Source: an uncultured Gemmatimonadales bacterium (GTDB taxonomy: Bacteria; Gemmatimonadota; Gemmatimonadetes; Gemmatimonadales; Gemmatimonadaceae). From it: DNA of 64,000 nucleotides. The notes under the pieces are model-generated. The model had not been told where the DNA came from, did no database searches, and saw nothing but the letters and a program-made list of their open reading frames with translations. Positions within the stretch are counted from its first letter, which is position 1. The number at the start of each line of letters is the position of its first letter. Of the stretch, positions 41,268 through 52,940 are shown piece by piece. A program made the translations under genes and the position numbers. The stretch covers positions 288,001 through 352,000 of the forward strand of contig CAWBZV010000005.1 of NCBI GenBank assembly GCA_963793305.1, written 5' to 3'.

Positions 41268-41839
41268 CCCACGACGATGGACCGGGGTCTCCCCAGGTAG
41301 TGGCAAGCGACGCGGAAACAATAGCCCGTGTCGTGGCCGGTGACACCGAGGCATTCAGCATCCTCGTCGACCGTTACGGCAATCGGGCAGCTCGTTATGC
41401 CACGCGGATGCTCGGCGATCGCGCCGAGGCGGAGGAAGCCGTCCAGGACACTTTTGTGCGCGCCTATCGGGCGCTCAGCCGCTGTGCGGATCGCGACCGG
41501 TTCGGTCATTGGTTGTTCAGCATTCTGATCAACCGGTGCCGGACCGCCGGGGCGCGGTCGGGACGGCGTGCTCGCACATTTGTCCGCGACGAGACGGCGT
41601 TGGTGGCGGCGGCGGCGCCCGATGCGTTTGATGGAGTGGCCTGGCGTGAAGAGATTGCACACGCACTGGCTCGGCTCGAAATGAGTCAGCGCGAAGCGTT
41701 TTTGCTCAAGCACGTCGAACAGTTGAGTTACGACGAGATGGCGGCGATTACTGGGGCCGGAATATCGGCACTCAAAATGAGAGTCAAGAGAGCGACGGAT
41801 CAGCTACGTATGTTGCTGCATGAGGCATATAGTGCCTGA
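41264..41839 (+). CDS. ECF RNA polymerase sigma factor
   Basis: AEEAVQDTFVRAY, WLFSILINRCR, LSYDEMAAI, KMRVKRA. Confidence 0.92.
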   Translation: MTHDDGPGSPQVVASDAETIARVVAGDTEAFSILVDRYGNRAARYATRMLGDRAEAEEAVQDTFVRAYRALSRCADRDRFGHWLFSILINRCRTAGARSGRRARTFVRDETALVAAAAPDAFDGVAWREEIAHALARLEMSQREAFLLKHVEQLSYDEMAAITGAGISALKMRVKRATDQLRMLLHEAYSA

Positions 41840-42308
41840 CTGGATTGATCAACTCGGTGAAGAGCTGCGTGCGCCAGTCGAGCTGTCGTCGCTCACAACG
41901 GCTCGAATCATGGCGGCCGTGCGTGCCGATGCGGCGCGCCGCAAGCGGACGCGTATTTGGGTGGCGTCTGCCGCCGCGGCGGTCGTCGTGCTAGCGGCCG
42001 GCGGCATCGTGGCCGTGCAGATGAGAACGGAGCAGGGGACTGCTGTGCAGTTCGCGTTGCCGATACCTGCGGCGCACGAAGTCGTAATCGTCGGCGACTT
42101 CAACCACTGGGACACACACGCCACGCCGCTGCGTCGTACGACGAACGGCACATGGCAGACGACGGTCCGCCTCAAGCCCGGCGCCCACGTCTACTCGTTC
42201 GTCGTCGACGGCAACCGCTGGGTCCCAGATCCGGCCGCACCACTCGCGCCAGGCAGCGACTTCGGCGCCCCGAACTCGCTCGTCACCGTCACCCCGGGTG
42301 CGACATGA
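41832..42308 (+). CDS. Putative anti-sigma factor: one TM plus CBM48/AMPK-beta-type glycogen-binding domain
   Basis: TM WVASAAAAVVVLAAGGIVAV; VIVGDFNHW, LKPGAHVYSFVVDGNRWVPDP, DFGAPNS. Confidence 0.8.
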   Translation: MPDWIDQLGEELRAPVELSSLTTARIMAAVRADAARRKRTRIWVASAAAAVVVLAAGGIVAVQMRTEQGTAVQFALPIPAAHEVVIVGDFNHWDTHATPLRRTTNGTWQTTVRLKPGAHVYSFVVDGNRWVPDPAAPLAPGSDFGAPNSLVTVTPGAT

Positions 42309-43036
42309 GATCGGCGAAGCCGATCTTGCTGTCAACAGACCAGTCGAGCGGCGCGAAAGCGCTGCGTCGACGCGCCGCGGAGCGGCGGTACGCCGGCGCG
42401 GTCGTCCTCGGGCTCGCTGTCCTCACCGTTCGCTTGGACGCCCAAGCAAACGATGACCGCCTGCGCGGCCTGTTCGATTCGCCGACGTACGCCTCCTTGC
42501 ACGCCGTGCTCGACTCGGCGCGCGCCGCCGGACTACCAACCGAGCCCCTGATCGACAAGGCCTTGGAAGGCTCGGCGAAGCACGCCACCAGCGATCGCAT
42601 CGTCATCGTCGTTCGCGACCTGTCCGCCAGGCTGGCAGATACGCGCACCGCACTAGGCGGATATGGCACAACCGACGAGCTATCGGCCGGGACCGCCGCG
42701 CTGCGCGCGGGAATCGCACCGGCGACGCTTGCCGACTTACGCCGTTTGCGGCACAATGAACAGGTGACGATTCCTCTCGCTGTTGCCGCTGAGTTGGTCG
42801 CTCGTGGCGTCCGTCCGGATAGCGCCTCCGCCCAGGTCTTGCGCTTGGCCGCCGCCGGAGCGCCCGACGTCGAACTTGCCACCCTGCCTCGGTCCCTCGC
42901 CTCGCCCTCGGTTGTCTCCTCTCTCTACCCCGGCGGCCCCGGGTTTTTGGCCCCTACCACCGCGGTCAATGGAGGCAAGTCGAGCGGACCGGTTGAAGCC
43001 GGAAGGCCACCAAAACGGAGCCCACAACGCCCCTGA
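42305..43036 (+). CDS. Hypothetical exported helical protein
   Basis: ATGA coupling; hydrophobic segment ending LDA-Q; GLPTEPLIDKALEGSAK. Confidence 0.65.
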   Translation: MRSAKPILLSTDQSSGAKALRRRAAERRYAGAVVLGLAVLTVRLDAQANDDRLRGLFDSPTYASLHAVLDSARAAGLPTEPLIDKALEGSAKHATSDRIVIVVRDLSARLADTRTALGGYGTTDELSAGTAALRAGIAPATLADLRRLRHNEQVTIPLAVAAELVARGVRPDSASAQVLRLAAAGAPDVELATLPRSLASPSVVSSLYPGGPGFLAPTTAVNGGKSSGPVEAGRPPKRSPQRP

Positions 43037-43046
43037 TTGACGCTCC

Positions 43047-44141
43047 GTGCGTTGGCCAATCGGTGTCGCCATAGCGGGTGTTCTCAGCGGCCTCCCATGT
43101 CGGGCGGCCGCGCAATTTCTAACGACCATCGACGCGAACGTCGCGAACGCGACGTACGATGGCTACCTGACATCCGCCGTATACACGGTCGCCCCATCGG
43201 CGGTGTTCGCCGTCGGTCCCATCAGGGCCGGCGCCGACGGGGCGTACTCGGAGTTCGAGTCCGGTCACGGAAGCGGCATCGTCGGAGTGAACGCCCTCGG
43301 CGGCACCAAAATCTATGGGCCTCTGTCTTGGGAGCTCGGGACAGAAGGTACCGCCCTCTGGTATCGGTCCAACCCACCAGTGGTGAGTGGCGACATCGCG
43401 CCGCGACTCCGCTTCGATCGCGGCCTATTCAAGGCCTGGGTCGGCGGCGCATTTGGCAGCAGCGACAACGATAGCCTCCACGGCTCGTTCGTCGATCGCT
43501 TCGATGCGGGCCTGTCATACGCGTTGCCGCACGTGACGCCGGTATTCACGATCGCAACCACGCACGCCGGCCACGCGCAGTATACCGACGTGGATGCCGC
43601 GATCCAGAGCGAGCTCGGACGATTCAGCTTGATTGCCACTGGCGGACATCGCGCTGGCACATTGCTCGGCGGGAGCGCGAGTTGGCTGAGCGCCGAGTTG
43701 CACGTCACGCTCACCAACAACCTCTCATTCGTCTTCGCGGGCGGCTCGTATCCTGTCGATCTCGTGCGTGGAACGCCCGGCGCCCGCTTCATCTCCGCGG
43801 GCGTCCGGCTGTCCCGACTGTTCGCGGTGCGCAAGCCGTCAATGGGGACCGTTCGGTACAGCAACGGCTCGAATGACGTCCTGACGGACGCGCGCACGTT
43901 GCGCTTCACCGCGCAGGCGAACGCCCACGTCGAGCTCATGGCGGATTTCACGAACTGGCAGCCGGTACCAATGACCGAAGTGCGGCCGGGCCTCTTTCAG
44001 GTGACGCTGCCGGAGGCCATTCGCTCCGGGTCGCACCGCGTGAACATCAGGGTCGACAATGGCGACTGGAGCGTGCCGAACGAGTTGCCGCCCGTCGTCG
44101 ACGATTTTGGTGGAAAGGCGGGCGCGCTGGTCGTGCCCTAG
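43047..44141 (+). CDS. Outer-membrane beta-barrel-like protein with C-terminal CBM48-like domain
   Basis: Signal peptide (AAA-Q); VELMADFTNWQP, HRVNIRVDNGDW, DDFGG. Confidence 0.72.
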   Translation: MRWPIGVAIAGVLSGLPCRAAAQFLTTIDANVANATYDGYLTSAVYTVAPSAVFAVGPIRAGADGAYSEFESGHGSGIVGVNALGGTKIYGPLSWELGTEGTALWYRSNPPVVSGDIAPRLRFDRGLFKAWVGGAFGSSDNDSLHGSFVDRFDAGLSYALPHVTPVFTIATTHAGHAQYTDVDAAIQSELGRFSLIATGGHRAGTLLGGSASWLSAELHVTLTNNLSFVFAGGSYPVDLVRGTPGARFISAGVRLSRLFAVRKPSMGTVRYSNGSNDVLTDARTLRFTAQANAHVELMADFTNWQPVPMTEVRPGLFQVTLPEAIRSGSHRVNIRVDNGDWSVPNELPPVVDDFGGKAGALVVP

Positions 44142-44156
44142 CTCGGCGCAGCCGGG

Positions 44157-45762
44157 CTATTCCGTGTCGTCCGCGTCGTCGTTCCCCGAGATGACGCTGC
44201 CATCCGGTCCGACGATCTCCACCCCGACGCCGGCGATACTCGCGAGGAGCGCCGATTTCCGGCTCGCGCCCCACAGCTCCAGCCGCAAATCCCCCGCGCC
44301 CGGCTTCGGCACCGCGGTCAGCCGCATCGCGCGCCCCAGCCATCGCACCTTCACCCGATCGACCGCGCCGACGTGTCCGCGATCGAACCCGTCCGCGATG
44401 CGGAGCAGGGCCGAGAGCCGTTTGATGCGTTTTCTGAGGCCAGGATCGAGCTGCCCATAATTCTGGTGCTTCTTCTTCGGCTGCGCGCCGCGGTGATATC
44501 GCGCGACGTTCGCGATGGCCACTTGCTCCTCAGGAGATAACCCGAGCAAATCCGCGTGCAGGATCAGGTGATACGAGTGCTTGTGGTGATTGTGATAGTT
44601 GATGTGATATCCGACATCATGGAGCAGCGCCGCATCCGCCAGGATATCGCGATCGCCCGGCGAACACCCGATGCGATCCCCGATCGCGTCGAACAGTTGC
44701 AGCGCAATGCGCTGCACTTGCCGCGAGTGCGGTTCTTCATAGTGGCTCCGCTCGGCGAACTCGCGCACCGATCGCTCGCGGGCCTCGCCAGGATCGGCCA
44801 CGGTCGGCGCCACTCGCGCGGTCTCCAATAGCAGTCCCTCGCGAATCCCATACGCCGACACGTTGACTTCACGAGCTTCAACGCGCGCGAGTACTTCGGC
44901 CGAGACGGCGAGTCCCGCGACGATGATGTCGGCGCGAGCGGCATTCAATCCCGGGTACGGTTCGCCGCTCCTCGACGCTCATGTCTTGCAGGATGTCGAG
45001 GATGTGCTCGAGCTCGACGCGGGGCACGCGTGTGGCATGCACCGTTCTCGCCGTCTGGACTCCCTGACGAGCGAGATAAATGCCGGCGAGGTTCGTGAAC
45101 GTCCCGCCGGACCCGATCACCTGAGCCCCGCGCCAATCTCTGACTGGCAGATGCTCCTTCAGCGCCTCGCGCACCTCTTTCCGTAGGTCGCGAACGCCCC
45201 GCCGCGCGGGAACGCCGACGAGGTGCTCCTCGGTGAGCCGTATGGCGCCGAACGGAAGCGAGATGAGCCGGTCGAGCAAGCCGTCAGCGGAGAGAGCCAA
45301 TTCGAGCGAGCCACCGCCAATGTCCATGACAACCGCGCGTCCGACGCCGAGATCGAAGTGGGCGAGCGCGCTACGAAACGTGAGCCGCGCTTCTTCTTCG
45401 CCGACCAGCGCGCGAACCCGAAGACCGGTTTCGGCGCGAACGAGGTCCAAGAAGGCGGGTCCGTTGACCGCATCGCGAACCGCGGAAGTAGCGACGGCCT
45501 CGACGCGGCGGGCGCCCAGTTGGGCCGCAAGCGTGGACATGCGGCCCAGCGCGTCGAGCGCGTCGCGCATGGCGGTCTCGCTCAGCTCACCGGACGCGGT
45601 GAGGCCGGCACCAAGCCTGGGAGCGGCCTTGAGTTCGTCGACGATCCGGATCGACCCATTCGTCGACACATCGGCGACGATCTGTCGGATCGAATTCGAC
45701 CCGATATCGATCGCCGCGATGCGGCGCGTCTGATCGTCGCGGCCGTTCCCGGATCGCTCCAC
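44157..45762 (-). CDS. ppx: Ppx/GppA exopolyphosphatase with HD domain (+1 frameshift near 44951)
   Basis: AAIDIGSNSIR, ATSAVRDA, DIGGGSLE, RADII, GIREG, LLHDVG. Confidence 0.92.
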
Positions 45763-46490
45763 TAGGCCTGGTTCGAGCCCGCGCCAGCGAGGCGTTCGCG
45801 CTCGTACTCCTCATAGCGATGCTTGATCTGCTTGCCCTCGGCCAGAAAGACGGCGTCCTCTCCGATGTTCGTCGCCAGGTCGGCCACCCGCTCCAGGTTG
45901 CGCCCGACCAGCAGCAGCTCCAGCGACGGATTGATCGTCCGGGCGTCGGCCATCATGTGCGTGAGGAGGATGCGGAACAGCGAGTTCATGAGCGCATCGA
46001 CCTGATCGTCGGACTTACATACCTCGCGCCCCAACAAGCCGTCCGCGCGGATAAACGCGTCGAGCGCGTCGGAGAGCATCTGGCGCGACCGCCGGGCCAT
46101 GTCCTCGATCTCGGGCTCTGGCGTGATCGTCGAGTGCATCGCCACCAGGCGCAGCGAGCACTGGGCGATGTTGACGGCGTGATCGCCGACCCGTTCCAGG
46201 TCGCTGGAGATCTTGATCGCGCTCACGATGAACCGGAGGTCGCGGGCCATCGGCTGCTGGAGCGCCAGCAGCGAAACCGCCAGTTGCTCGATCTCGACCT
46301 CCAACACATCGAGCTCGCGGTCGCCCGCGATCACGGCATCGGCGCGGTCCTTGTCCTGCTTGAGCAACGCATCGACGGCCAGATCGACCAGGCCTTCCGC
46401 GCGTTCGGACATCGTCATGAGACGGTCCTTCAGCGTGTCCAGCTGCTCGTGGAAATGCCGGAATCCGGATTGCGCTTCAGGTAGGGTCAT
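45762..46490 (-). CDS. phoU: Phosphate signalling protein PhoU
   Basis: [35 protein letters not shown]. Confidence 0.95.
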   Translation of the reverse strand: MTLPEAQSGFRHFHEQLDTLKDRLMTMSERAEGLVDLAVDALLKQDKDRADAVIAGDRELDVLEVEIEQLAVSLLALQQPMARDLRFIVSAIKISSDLERVGDHAVNIAQCSLRLVAMHSTITPEPEIEDMARRSRQMLSDALDAFIRADGLLGREVCKSDDQVDALMNSLFRILLTHMMADARTINPSLELLLVGRNLERVADLATNIGEDAVFLAEGKQIKHRYEEYERERLAGAGSNQA

Positions 46491-47263
46491 CCGAATCTCC
46501 CGGTGATGTAGGCGTTCGTCCGCTCCTCGCGGGGCGACGTGAAGATCTGCGCGGTCGCGCCGACCTCGATGATCCGGCCCAGATAGAAGAACGCGGTGAA
46601 ATCGGACACCCGCGCGGCCTGTTGGAGGTTGTGGGTCACGATGACGATCGTCAACTCCCGTCTCAGCTCGTACAGCAACTCCTCGATCTTTTGCGTGGCG
46701 ATCGGGTCGAGCGCGCTCGCCGGCTCGTCGAGCAGCAAGACTTCCGGCTGGTTCGCCAACGTCCGGGCGACGCAGAGCCGCTGTTGCTGTCCCCCGGACA
46801 GTCCGAGGGCACTCTCCCGAAGCCGGTCTTTGACCTCGTCCCAGAGGGCGGCCTTTCGGAGCGCATTCTCGACCAGCGCGTCCAGCTCCTCGCGCGTGTT
46901 CGTGGCGTTGTTCAGCCGTGGGCCGTAGGCGATGTTGTCGTAGATCGACTTGGGAAACGGGTTCCAGCGCTGGAAGACCATTCCGACGCGCTGCCGGAGC
47001 GTCGTGACGTCCTGGGCCGCCGCGTAGATGTCGTCGCCGTCGAGCACCATCCCGCCGGTATGCCGCACGTGGGGAATGGTGTCGTTCATGCGATTGATCG
47101 ATCGCAGAAACGTCGACTTCCCGCAACCCGACGGACCAATGAGCGCCGTAATGGCCCGGGGCGGCATGTCGAGATCAATGTCATACAGCGCCTGTTTCTT
47201 CCCGTACCAGAAGCTGTACTTCTGGGCGGCGATATGACCCGTAGTAGGTGGCGCGGCGGTCAT
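46487..47263 (-). CDS. pstB: Phosphate ABC transporter ATPase (second copy)
   Basis: [31 protein letters not shown]. Confidence 0.95.
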   Translation of the reverse strand: MTAAPPTTGHIAAQKYSFWYGKKQALYDIDLDMPPRAITALIGPSGCGKSTFLRSINRMNDTIPHVRHTGGMVLDGDDIYAAAQDVTTLRQRVGMVFQRWNPFPKSIYDNIAYGPRLNNATNTREELDALVENALRKAALWDEVKDRLRESALGLSGGQQQRLCVARTLANQPEVLLLDEPASALDPIATQKIEELLYELRRELTIVIVTHNLQQAARVSDFTAFFYLGRIIEVGATAQIFTSPREERTNAYITGRFG

Positions 47264-48134
47264 CCGAATCGCCCGGTGATGTACGCCTCGGTGCGGTGAT
47301 CGGTCGGATTCGTGAACAATTTCCCCGTCGGCGGCATACTCGACCAGCTCGCCCGAGAGCATGAACGCCGTCTTGTCGGACACCCGGGCCGCCTGCTGCA
47401 TGTTGTGCGTGACGATGACGACCGTCATGTCGCCGCGCAGCTCATAGACCAGCTCCTCGACTTTCTGCGTGCTGATCGGGTCGAGCGACGCGGTCGGCTC
47501 GTCGAGGAGCAGGACGTCGGGCTCCGTGGCGAGCGCGCGGGCGATGCAGAGGCGCTGTTGCTGGCCGCCCGAGAGGCCCGTCGCGGGGTCCTTGAGGCGA
47601 TCTTTGACCTCGTCCCACAGCGCCGCGCGCTTGAGGGCTTTCTCGACAATCTCGTCGGTCTTGTGATGGCTGTGCTTCATCTTTTTGACGCGCAGCCCGG
47701 CCGAGACATTGTCCTTGATGGACATGGTGGGGAAGGGAGTCGGCCGCTGGAACACCATGCCGATCTTCTTCCGGACTTCGATGGGATTGACGCCCCGGCC
47801 GTAGATATCCTGGCCGTCGAGCGCCACCGCTCCCTTGACCCGACCGGTCGGCACCGTCTCGTGCATGCGATTGAGGCACCGGAGCAATGTCGACTTGCCG
47901 GAGCCCGACGCGCCGATGATCGCCGTCACCAGTTTTTCCTGGACGTTCATGGACACGCCGCGCACCGCCTCGGACGATCCGAAAGAACGCGGACAGCTGG
48001 TCCACCGCCAGCGCGGTCCGCCCCGCCTTCGCGGCGGCGTCGGCGGCCGCCGAAGACGGCCGGGGCGCGATGGCGGCAGCGGTGACCGAGGCTGCGGCCT
48101 TGGTCGCCGCTTCCCGATTCGCGGGGCTAGTCAC
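47260..48134 (-). CDS. pstB: Phosphate ABC transporter ATPase (first copy; +1 frameshifts near 47982 and 47324)
   Basis: [26 protein letters not shown]; corrected end [18 protein letters not shown]. Confidence 0.9.
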
Positions 48135-49035
48135 CACCGGTGCCCGTGAACTGCCCGCGGGTAGCGTATCGGGCGATGAGGCTGATGACGAAGATGAGAA
48201 CGATGAGGACGAGGCCACCGGCCCAGGCTTGGGCGTGTTGGTCGTCGTAGGGACTTGTGCCATAATAGAAGATCTGCAAAGGAAGAGCGGCGATCGGCTG
48301 ATTGAGCGACGTCGAGAAGAACGAGTTGCCGAGCGCCGTGAACAACAGCGGAGCGGTTTCGCCGGCAATGCGGGCGATCGCGACCAGCGCCCCGGTGACG
48401 ATGCCGGCGCTTGCCGTGCGGAGCACGATCGTGAGCGACGTCCGCCAGCGGGCGTACCCGAGCGCCAGCGCCGCCTCGCGAAGCGAGACCGGAACAATGC
48501 TCACCATTTCCTCGGTCGTTCGCGCGACCATTGGGATCATCATGGCGCCGAGGGCCACGCCGCCGGCCCACGCCGAGAAATGGTGGACCGGTCGCACGAG
48601 GAACTGCCACGCGAAGATGCCCATGACGATCGACGGCAGTCCGTTGAGCACATCGGAGAGAAACCGGACGGTGTTGGCGAGCTTGGTGCCCCGATGCTCG
48701 GCCAGGTACAGCCCGGCGCCGATGCCGATCGGCAGCCCGAGAAGACTCGCCAGCGCGATCAGGATCAGCGTCCCGACGATCGCGTTCGCCATCCCGCCGC
48801 CCGGTTCACCCTCGGGCTTGGGCATGTTGGTGAAGAAATGCAATTGGATCGAGCTCGCGCCGTACTTGATCAGGTAGGCGGTGATCACGATCAGCGGAAT
48901 CGTCGCCAGGACCGCGGCGCCGATGATGAGACCCACCATCACGCCGTTCACGGCTTTGCGCCGTCTCAGCGACTGCACGGCCTTTGCCGTGAATTGCTTC
49001 TGGGCCGTACTGGGCCGAAGCTCGGGTTGTGTCAT
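48127..49035 (-). CDS. pstA: Phosphate ABC transporter permease PstA
   Basis: [35 protein letters not shown]. Confidence 0.95.
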   Translation of the reverse strand: MTQPELRPSTAQKQFTAKAVQSLRRRKAVNGVMVGLIIGAAVLATIPLIVITAYLIKYGASSIQLHFFTNMPKPEGEPGGGMANAIVGTLILIALASLLGLPIGIGAGLYLAEHRGTKLANTVRFLSDVLNGLPSIVMGIFAWQFLVRPVHHFSAWAGGVALGAMMIPMVARTTEEMVSIVPVSLREAALALGYARWRTSLTIVLRTASAGIVTGALVAIARIAGETAPLLFTALGNSFFSTSLNQPIAALPLQIFYYGTSPYDDQHAQAWAGGLVLIVLIFVISLIARYATRGQFTGTGGD

Positions 49036-50049
49036 CCCTTGCTCCCGGTCCGAGAGACTTCCCACACGAGCCAGCGCGCGATCGCGTTGACGATCACGGT
49101 GATCACGAACAGCACGAATCCGACGGCCATCAGCGCGGACAGATGCAGGTCGCCCGACGCCTCGCTGAATTCGTTGGCGATGAGCGACGCCATCGTATAC
49201 GCGGGCGCGAACAACGACGCCGAGATCTCCGCGCGGTTGCCGATGACCATCGTCACGGCCATCGTCTCCCCGAGGGCGCGGCCCAGAGCCCAAGATGACG
49301 CCGCCGATGATGCCCGACTTCGCGTAGGGCAGCAGCGCGCCTCGGATCATCTCCCATTTCGTGGCGCCGAGCGCCAGCGCCGCTTCGCGTTGCGACCGCG
49401 GCACGGCCAGCAGGACCTCGCGCGAGACCGACGCGATGTACGGCAGCACCATGATCGCCAGGATCATTCCGGCCGCCAGCATGCTGTAGCCGTAATTGGG
49501 CCCGCTGAAGAGCGGAATGACGCTCAGGTGCAGCGTATCGCGCAGGAACGGGATCAGCGCCGTCCTGAGCAGCGGGATGAGGACGAAGATCCCCCATACG
49601 CCGTAGACCACACTCGGAATCGCCGCCAGGAGATCAACGAAGAACGCCACGGGTTGTCGAAGCCACGGTGGCGCGAACTCCGAGAGAAATACCGATACAC
49701 CGATGGCGAGCGGGGTGGCGATCAGGAGAGCGATCGCGGACGAGACCAGGGTCCCGTAGATCGCTGGCGCGGCGCCGAATTTTCCGTTGACCGGGTCCCA
49801 CGAGCTGGACGTGAGGAAGGAGAGCCCGAAGCGGTGCAGCGCCGGCCAGCCGGCGATAAAGATCGAGACCGCAATGAGAACGAGGAGGACGGGAACACAC
49901 ACGGCGAAAACCCAGATGACGCCGGAGTAGATCCGATCGCCAAGCGCCGATCCTTCGATTCCCTCGAACCCGTCGCCGCCCGATGGTGTCGCTTGCGCGC
50001 CGCCGGTCGTAATCGGCACGGCCGGCGGCGTTGCTACCACGTCACTCAC
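49032..50049 (-). CDS. pstC: Phosphate ABC transporter permease PstC (+1 frameshift near 49287)
   Basis: [20 protein letters not shown]; corrected GRALGETMAVTMVIGN. Confidence 0.93.
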
Positions 50050-51140
50050 GTGCCACTCGCACCGACCTTGATGGAGTCGAGGCGGGCGACGAGGCGGGTG
50101 TCGAGTGATTGCGGCAGCGGCGCGTAGTCGAGCGGTGCCGCCTCCTTCTCCCCATCAGTCAGTGCCCAGCGCAGGAAGTCCACCAATTTCTTTCCCTTGG
50201 TCGGATCCACGAGGGTCTTGTCGATCAGCAGATACGTGAATGATGAGATTGGGTATGCCGTCGCGCCCGGGCCGTTGACGATCGATACGCGGTAGTCCGT
50301 GTTCGGCGGAAACTTGGCCGCTGCAGCGTCGGCCGCCGCCGTCACCGATTCCACCGACGGAGCAATGAACTGGCCGCTGGCATTCTTGATTGACGCGGCG
50401 GGTAGGTTGTTTTGCTTGGCGTATACGAGCTCGATATACCCGATCGCGCCCGGTGTCTGCTTGATCTGGCCCGCGACGCCCTCGTTGCCTTTGCCGCCAA
50501 TGCCAACGGGCCACTGAACCTCTTTCCCCTTGCCGGGTGCCTTGGCCCAATCGGCATTCACGGAGGAGAGGTAGTCCGTGAAGATATACGTCGTGCCGCT
50601 GCCGTCCGAGCGGTGCACGACGAGAATGTCGGTGCCGGGCAGCTTGACGCCGCTATTGAGCGCGGCGATCGTTTTGTCGTTCCACTTGGTGATTTTGCCC
50701 GAGAAGATCTGGGCTATCGCATCGCCAGTGAGCTGGAGCGGTTGCGTGACCTCGGGGACGTTGTAGGTCAGGACGACGGCGCCGAGCACAGTGGGAAAGT
50801 GGAAGACCGGGGTCTTGAGCTTTGACATCTCGTCGTCGCTCATCGGCGCGTCGGAGGCGCCGAAATCGACGGTCCCTTCGGTGAGTTGCCGGATGCCGCC
50901 GCCGGACCCGATCGACTGGTAGTTGATCTTCACACCGGACTTTGTCGCATAGTCGGCGAACCATTTCGAGTACAGCGGATACGGGAAGGTCGCGCCGGCG
51001 CCGGTCAGATCAGCACCGCTCGATGCGACGGCCCCGTTGGCGGCCGAGGTCGAATCTTTGGTGGCAGACGCGGATTTATCACCGCCGGCGCACGCCACAA
51101 CTGCCAAGGCGCCGAGAACCCAACAGCAACGCATGTACAT
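50046..51140 (-). CDS. pstS: Phosphate-binding protein PstS (predicted lipoprotein)
   Basis: VVAC lipobox-like, GAGATFPYP, SIGSGGG, HRSDGSGTT. Confidence 0.96.
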   Translation of the reverse strand: MYMRCCWVLGALAVVACAGGDKSASATKDSTSAANGAVASSGADLTGAGATFPYPLYSKWFADYATKSGVKINYQSIGSGGGIRQLTEGTVDFGASDAPMSDDEMSKLKTPVFHFPTVLGAVVLTYNVPEVTQPLQLTGDAIAQIFSGKITKWNDKTIAALNSGVKLPGTDILVVHRSDGSGTTYIFTDYLSSVNADWAKAPGKGKEVQWPVGIGGKGNEGVAGQIKQTPGAIGYIELVYAKQNNLPAASIKNASGQFIAPSVESVTAAADAAAAKFPPNTDYRVSIVNGPGATAYPISSFTYLLIDKTLVDPTKGKKLVDFLRWALTDGEKEAAPLDYAPLPQSLDTRLVARLDSIKVGASGT

Positions 51141-51203
51141 GTCGCTCCTCTAACGTGTGCCGCAAGTTAGACCGCGCTCCAGAGGGGTACGACAAACCGC
51201 CTT

Positions 51204-51230
51204 GTAACGCCCTGTAACGACAGGGTCACG
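51204..51230. promoter_or_regulatory. Pho-box-like direct repeats upstream of pstS / divergent porin
   Basis: GTAACG at 51204 and 51214, GTCACG at 51225; the same GTAACG-N5-GTCACG occurs at 63870. Confidence 0.55.
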
Positions 51231-51414
51231 TGGGACCGGAACCTGTTGTCAGGCGCGAGCGTGACGGCAGGGGCACGTATTCCAATGCGGCCTCGTAACG
51301 TAACGATCATCGATTGTAAAATGCCCGCGTTCGCTATTGTGCCGGCTTCCGAAGACCTGTTGGTTGGGCGCTGGTTTCTCGTGTTGCATCCACTGATCAG
51401 AAGAGGAGTGCCCA

Positions 51415-52884
51415 ATGCATCGATCGAACGCACGCGCGCGAGTCCGCCGACGCGTGCGCCCGTCCTCGGTGGCCTGGCTGTTAGCAGTTACGCTCGCCGC
51501 GCCCATCTCCGCTCGGGCGCAGGACATGACCGATACCACGTTCAAGCTCCGGTATAAGGGCGTCACGATCACCCCGGTGGCGTTTTTCGCGGGTGAAGCC
51601 GTGTGGCGCGAACGGAATGAAACGGCTGATATCGGTTCAAACTTCAACGCGATCCCGTTCACGCACTCGACCAACGCCCAGTTGAGCGAGTTCCGTGGCT
51701 CGGGTCGCCAGTCCCGCATCGGCCTCGGCGTCGAAGGAAAGCCCAGCAGCGATCTCAAAGTCCAAGGCTACTGGGAGTCAGACTTCCTGACGGTCGGAAC
51801 CACCTCAAACTCCAACGAGAGCAACAGCTACGCGCTACGTGTTCGTCAGATCTGGGGTGGTGCGACGTACGACCACTCCTCGTTCTTCGCCGGCCAGATG
51901 TGGTCGCTCATGACCCCGATGAAGAACGGCGCCGCACCACGCGGTGAGGCAGTACCGCTTACGATCGACGCCCAGTATAACGTGGGCTTCAACTGGGCCC
52001 GCCAATGGGGCGTCCGGTTCGTTCAGGACTTCAACCATAAGGCCGCATTCGCCATCGGCGCCGAAGAGTCGCAGATGACGACCGGCGGCCACGGTATCCC
52101 GGCCGACGTGTTCATCGGCAACACGGGAGGCAGTCTGCTCAACTCGACCGCCACCTACTCGACCAATGTTGCCCCCAATGTCGTCGCAAAACTCTCTTTC
52201 GACCCAGGCCCGGTGCACATTGAGATCAAGGGCATCGGCCGCTTCTTCCGTGATCGCATCGTCGATACGACCGGGGCCGCGCCGCCGCCGGTCGGAAATA
52301 TCATTCGCGTCGCGGGCGGCGTCGGCGCCGGCATCTGGTTGCCCTTCATGTACGAGAAACGTGACGTCCTCGACGTCGGCGTCTCGGGTCTCTGGGGCAA
52401 CGGCATCGGCCGCTATGGCACGGGTGGTTTGGCCGACGCGACCACGCGCGCGGACGGCACGATCGTTCCGATCCGGAACGCGCAAGGCCTCGTCTCGATC
52501 GAGGCGCACCCGACGAAGAAGCTCGACATCTACTTGTACGGCGGCAGCGAGTACGAGTATCGCATGGTGACGTACACGGGCGCTGGCAAGGCCGTCGGTT
52601 ATGGCGCGCCGACCGCCGTCAACTCGGGCTGCGACAAAGAGTATCCGCCGGTGAGCACCACGTCCGTGGGCGTGCCAGGCGCTTTGTGCACGGGCGACAC
52701 GCGCGACCTGTGGGAAGGCACGGCTGGCTTCTGGTACAGCTTCTATCGCGGTGCGTACGGCCGCTTCACCTGGGGCCTCGAGTATCACTACGTGAGCAAG
52801 AACACGTGGGCCGGCGCGAACGGCATTCAGCCGCAGGCGATCGACCCCATGTTCTATACGTCGTTCCGCTACTACATCCCGTGA
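51415..52884 (+). CDS. Outer-membrane porin-like protein, possibly phosphate-regulated
   Basis: AGGAG RBS, signal peptide (ARA-Q), RQSRIG, YWESDF, terminal FYTSFRYYIP. Confidence 0.75.
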   Translation: MHRSNARARVRRRVRPSSVAWLLAVTLAAPISARAQDMTDTTFKLRYKGVTITPVAFFAGEAVWRERNETADIGSNFNAIPFTHSTNAQLSEFRGSGRQSRIGLGVEGKPSSDLKVQGYWESDFLTVGTTSNSNESNSYALRVRQIWGGATYDHSSFFAGQMWSLMTPMKNGAAPRGEAVPLTIDAQYNVGFNWARQWGVRFVQDFNHKAAFAIGAEESQMTTGGHGIPADVFIGNTGGSLLNSTATYSTNVAPNVVAKLSFDPGPVHIEIKGIGRFFRDRIVDTTGAAPPPVGNIIRVAGGVGAGIWLPFMYEKRDVLDVGVSGLWGNGIGRYGTGGLADATTRADGTIVPIRNAQGLVSIEAHPTKKLDIYLYGGSEYEYRMVTYTGAGKAVGYGAPTAVNSGCDKEYPPVSTTSVGVPGALCTGDTRDLWEGTAGFWYSFYRGAYGRFTWGLEYHYVSKNTWAGANGIQPQAIDPMFYTSFRYYIP

Positions 52885-52889
52885 TCGCT

Positions 52890-52940
52890 GGCTCCGTAAT
52901 CGGCGCTCAGAAGGCGAATCGAGCGCCGATTACGGGAGCC
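52890..52940. terminator. Long hairpin between convergent porin genes
   Basis: GGCTCCGTAATCGGCGCTC-N12-GAGCGCCGATTACG(G)GAGCC. Confidence 0.55.

Noticed and set aside
46487..50049. PstB-PstB and PstC-PstA fusion proteins suggested by the ORF track
   Set aside because: Single-base insertions near 47324 and 49287 create them; correction gives standard separate genes with ATGA overlaps
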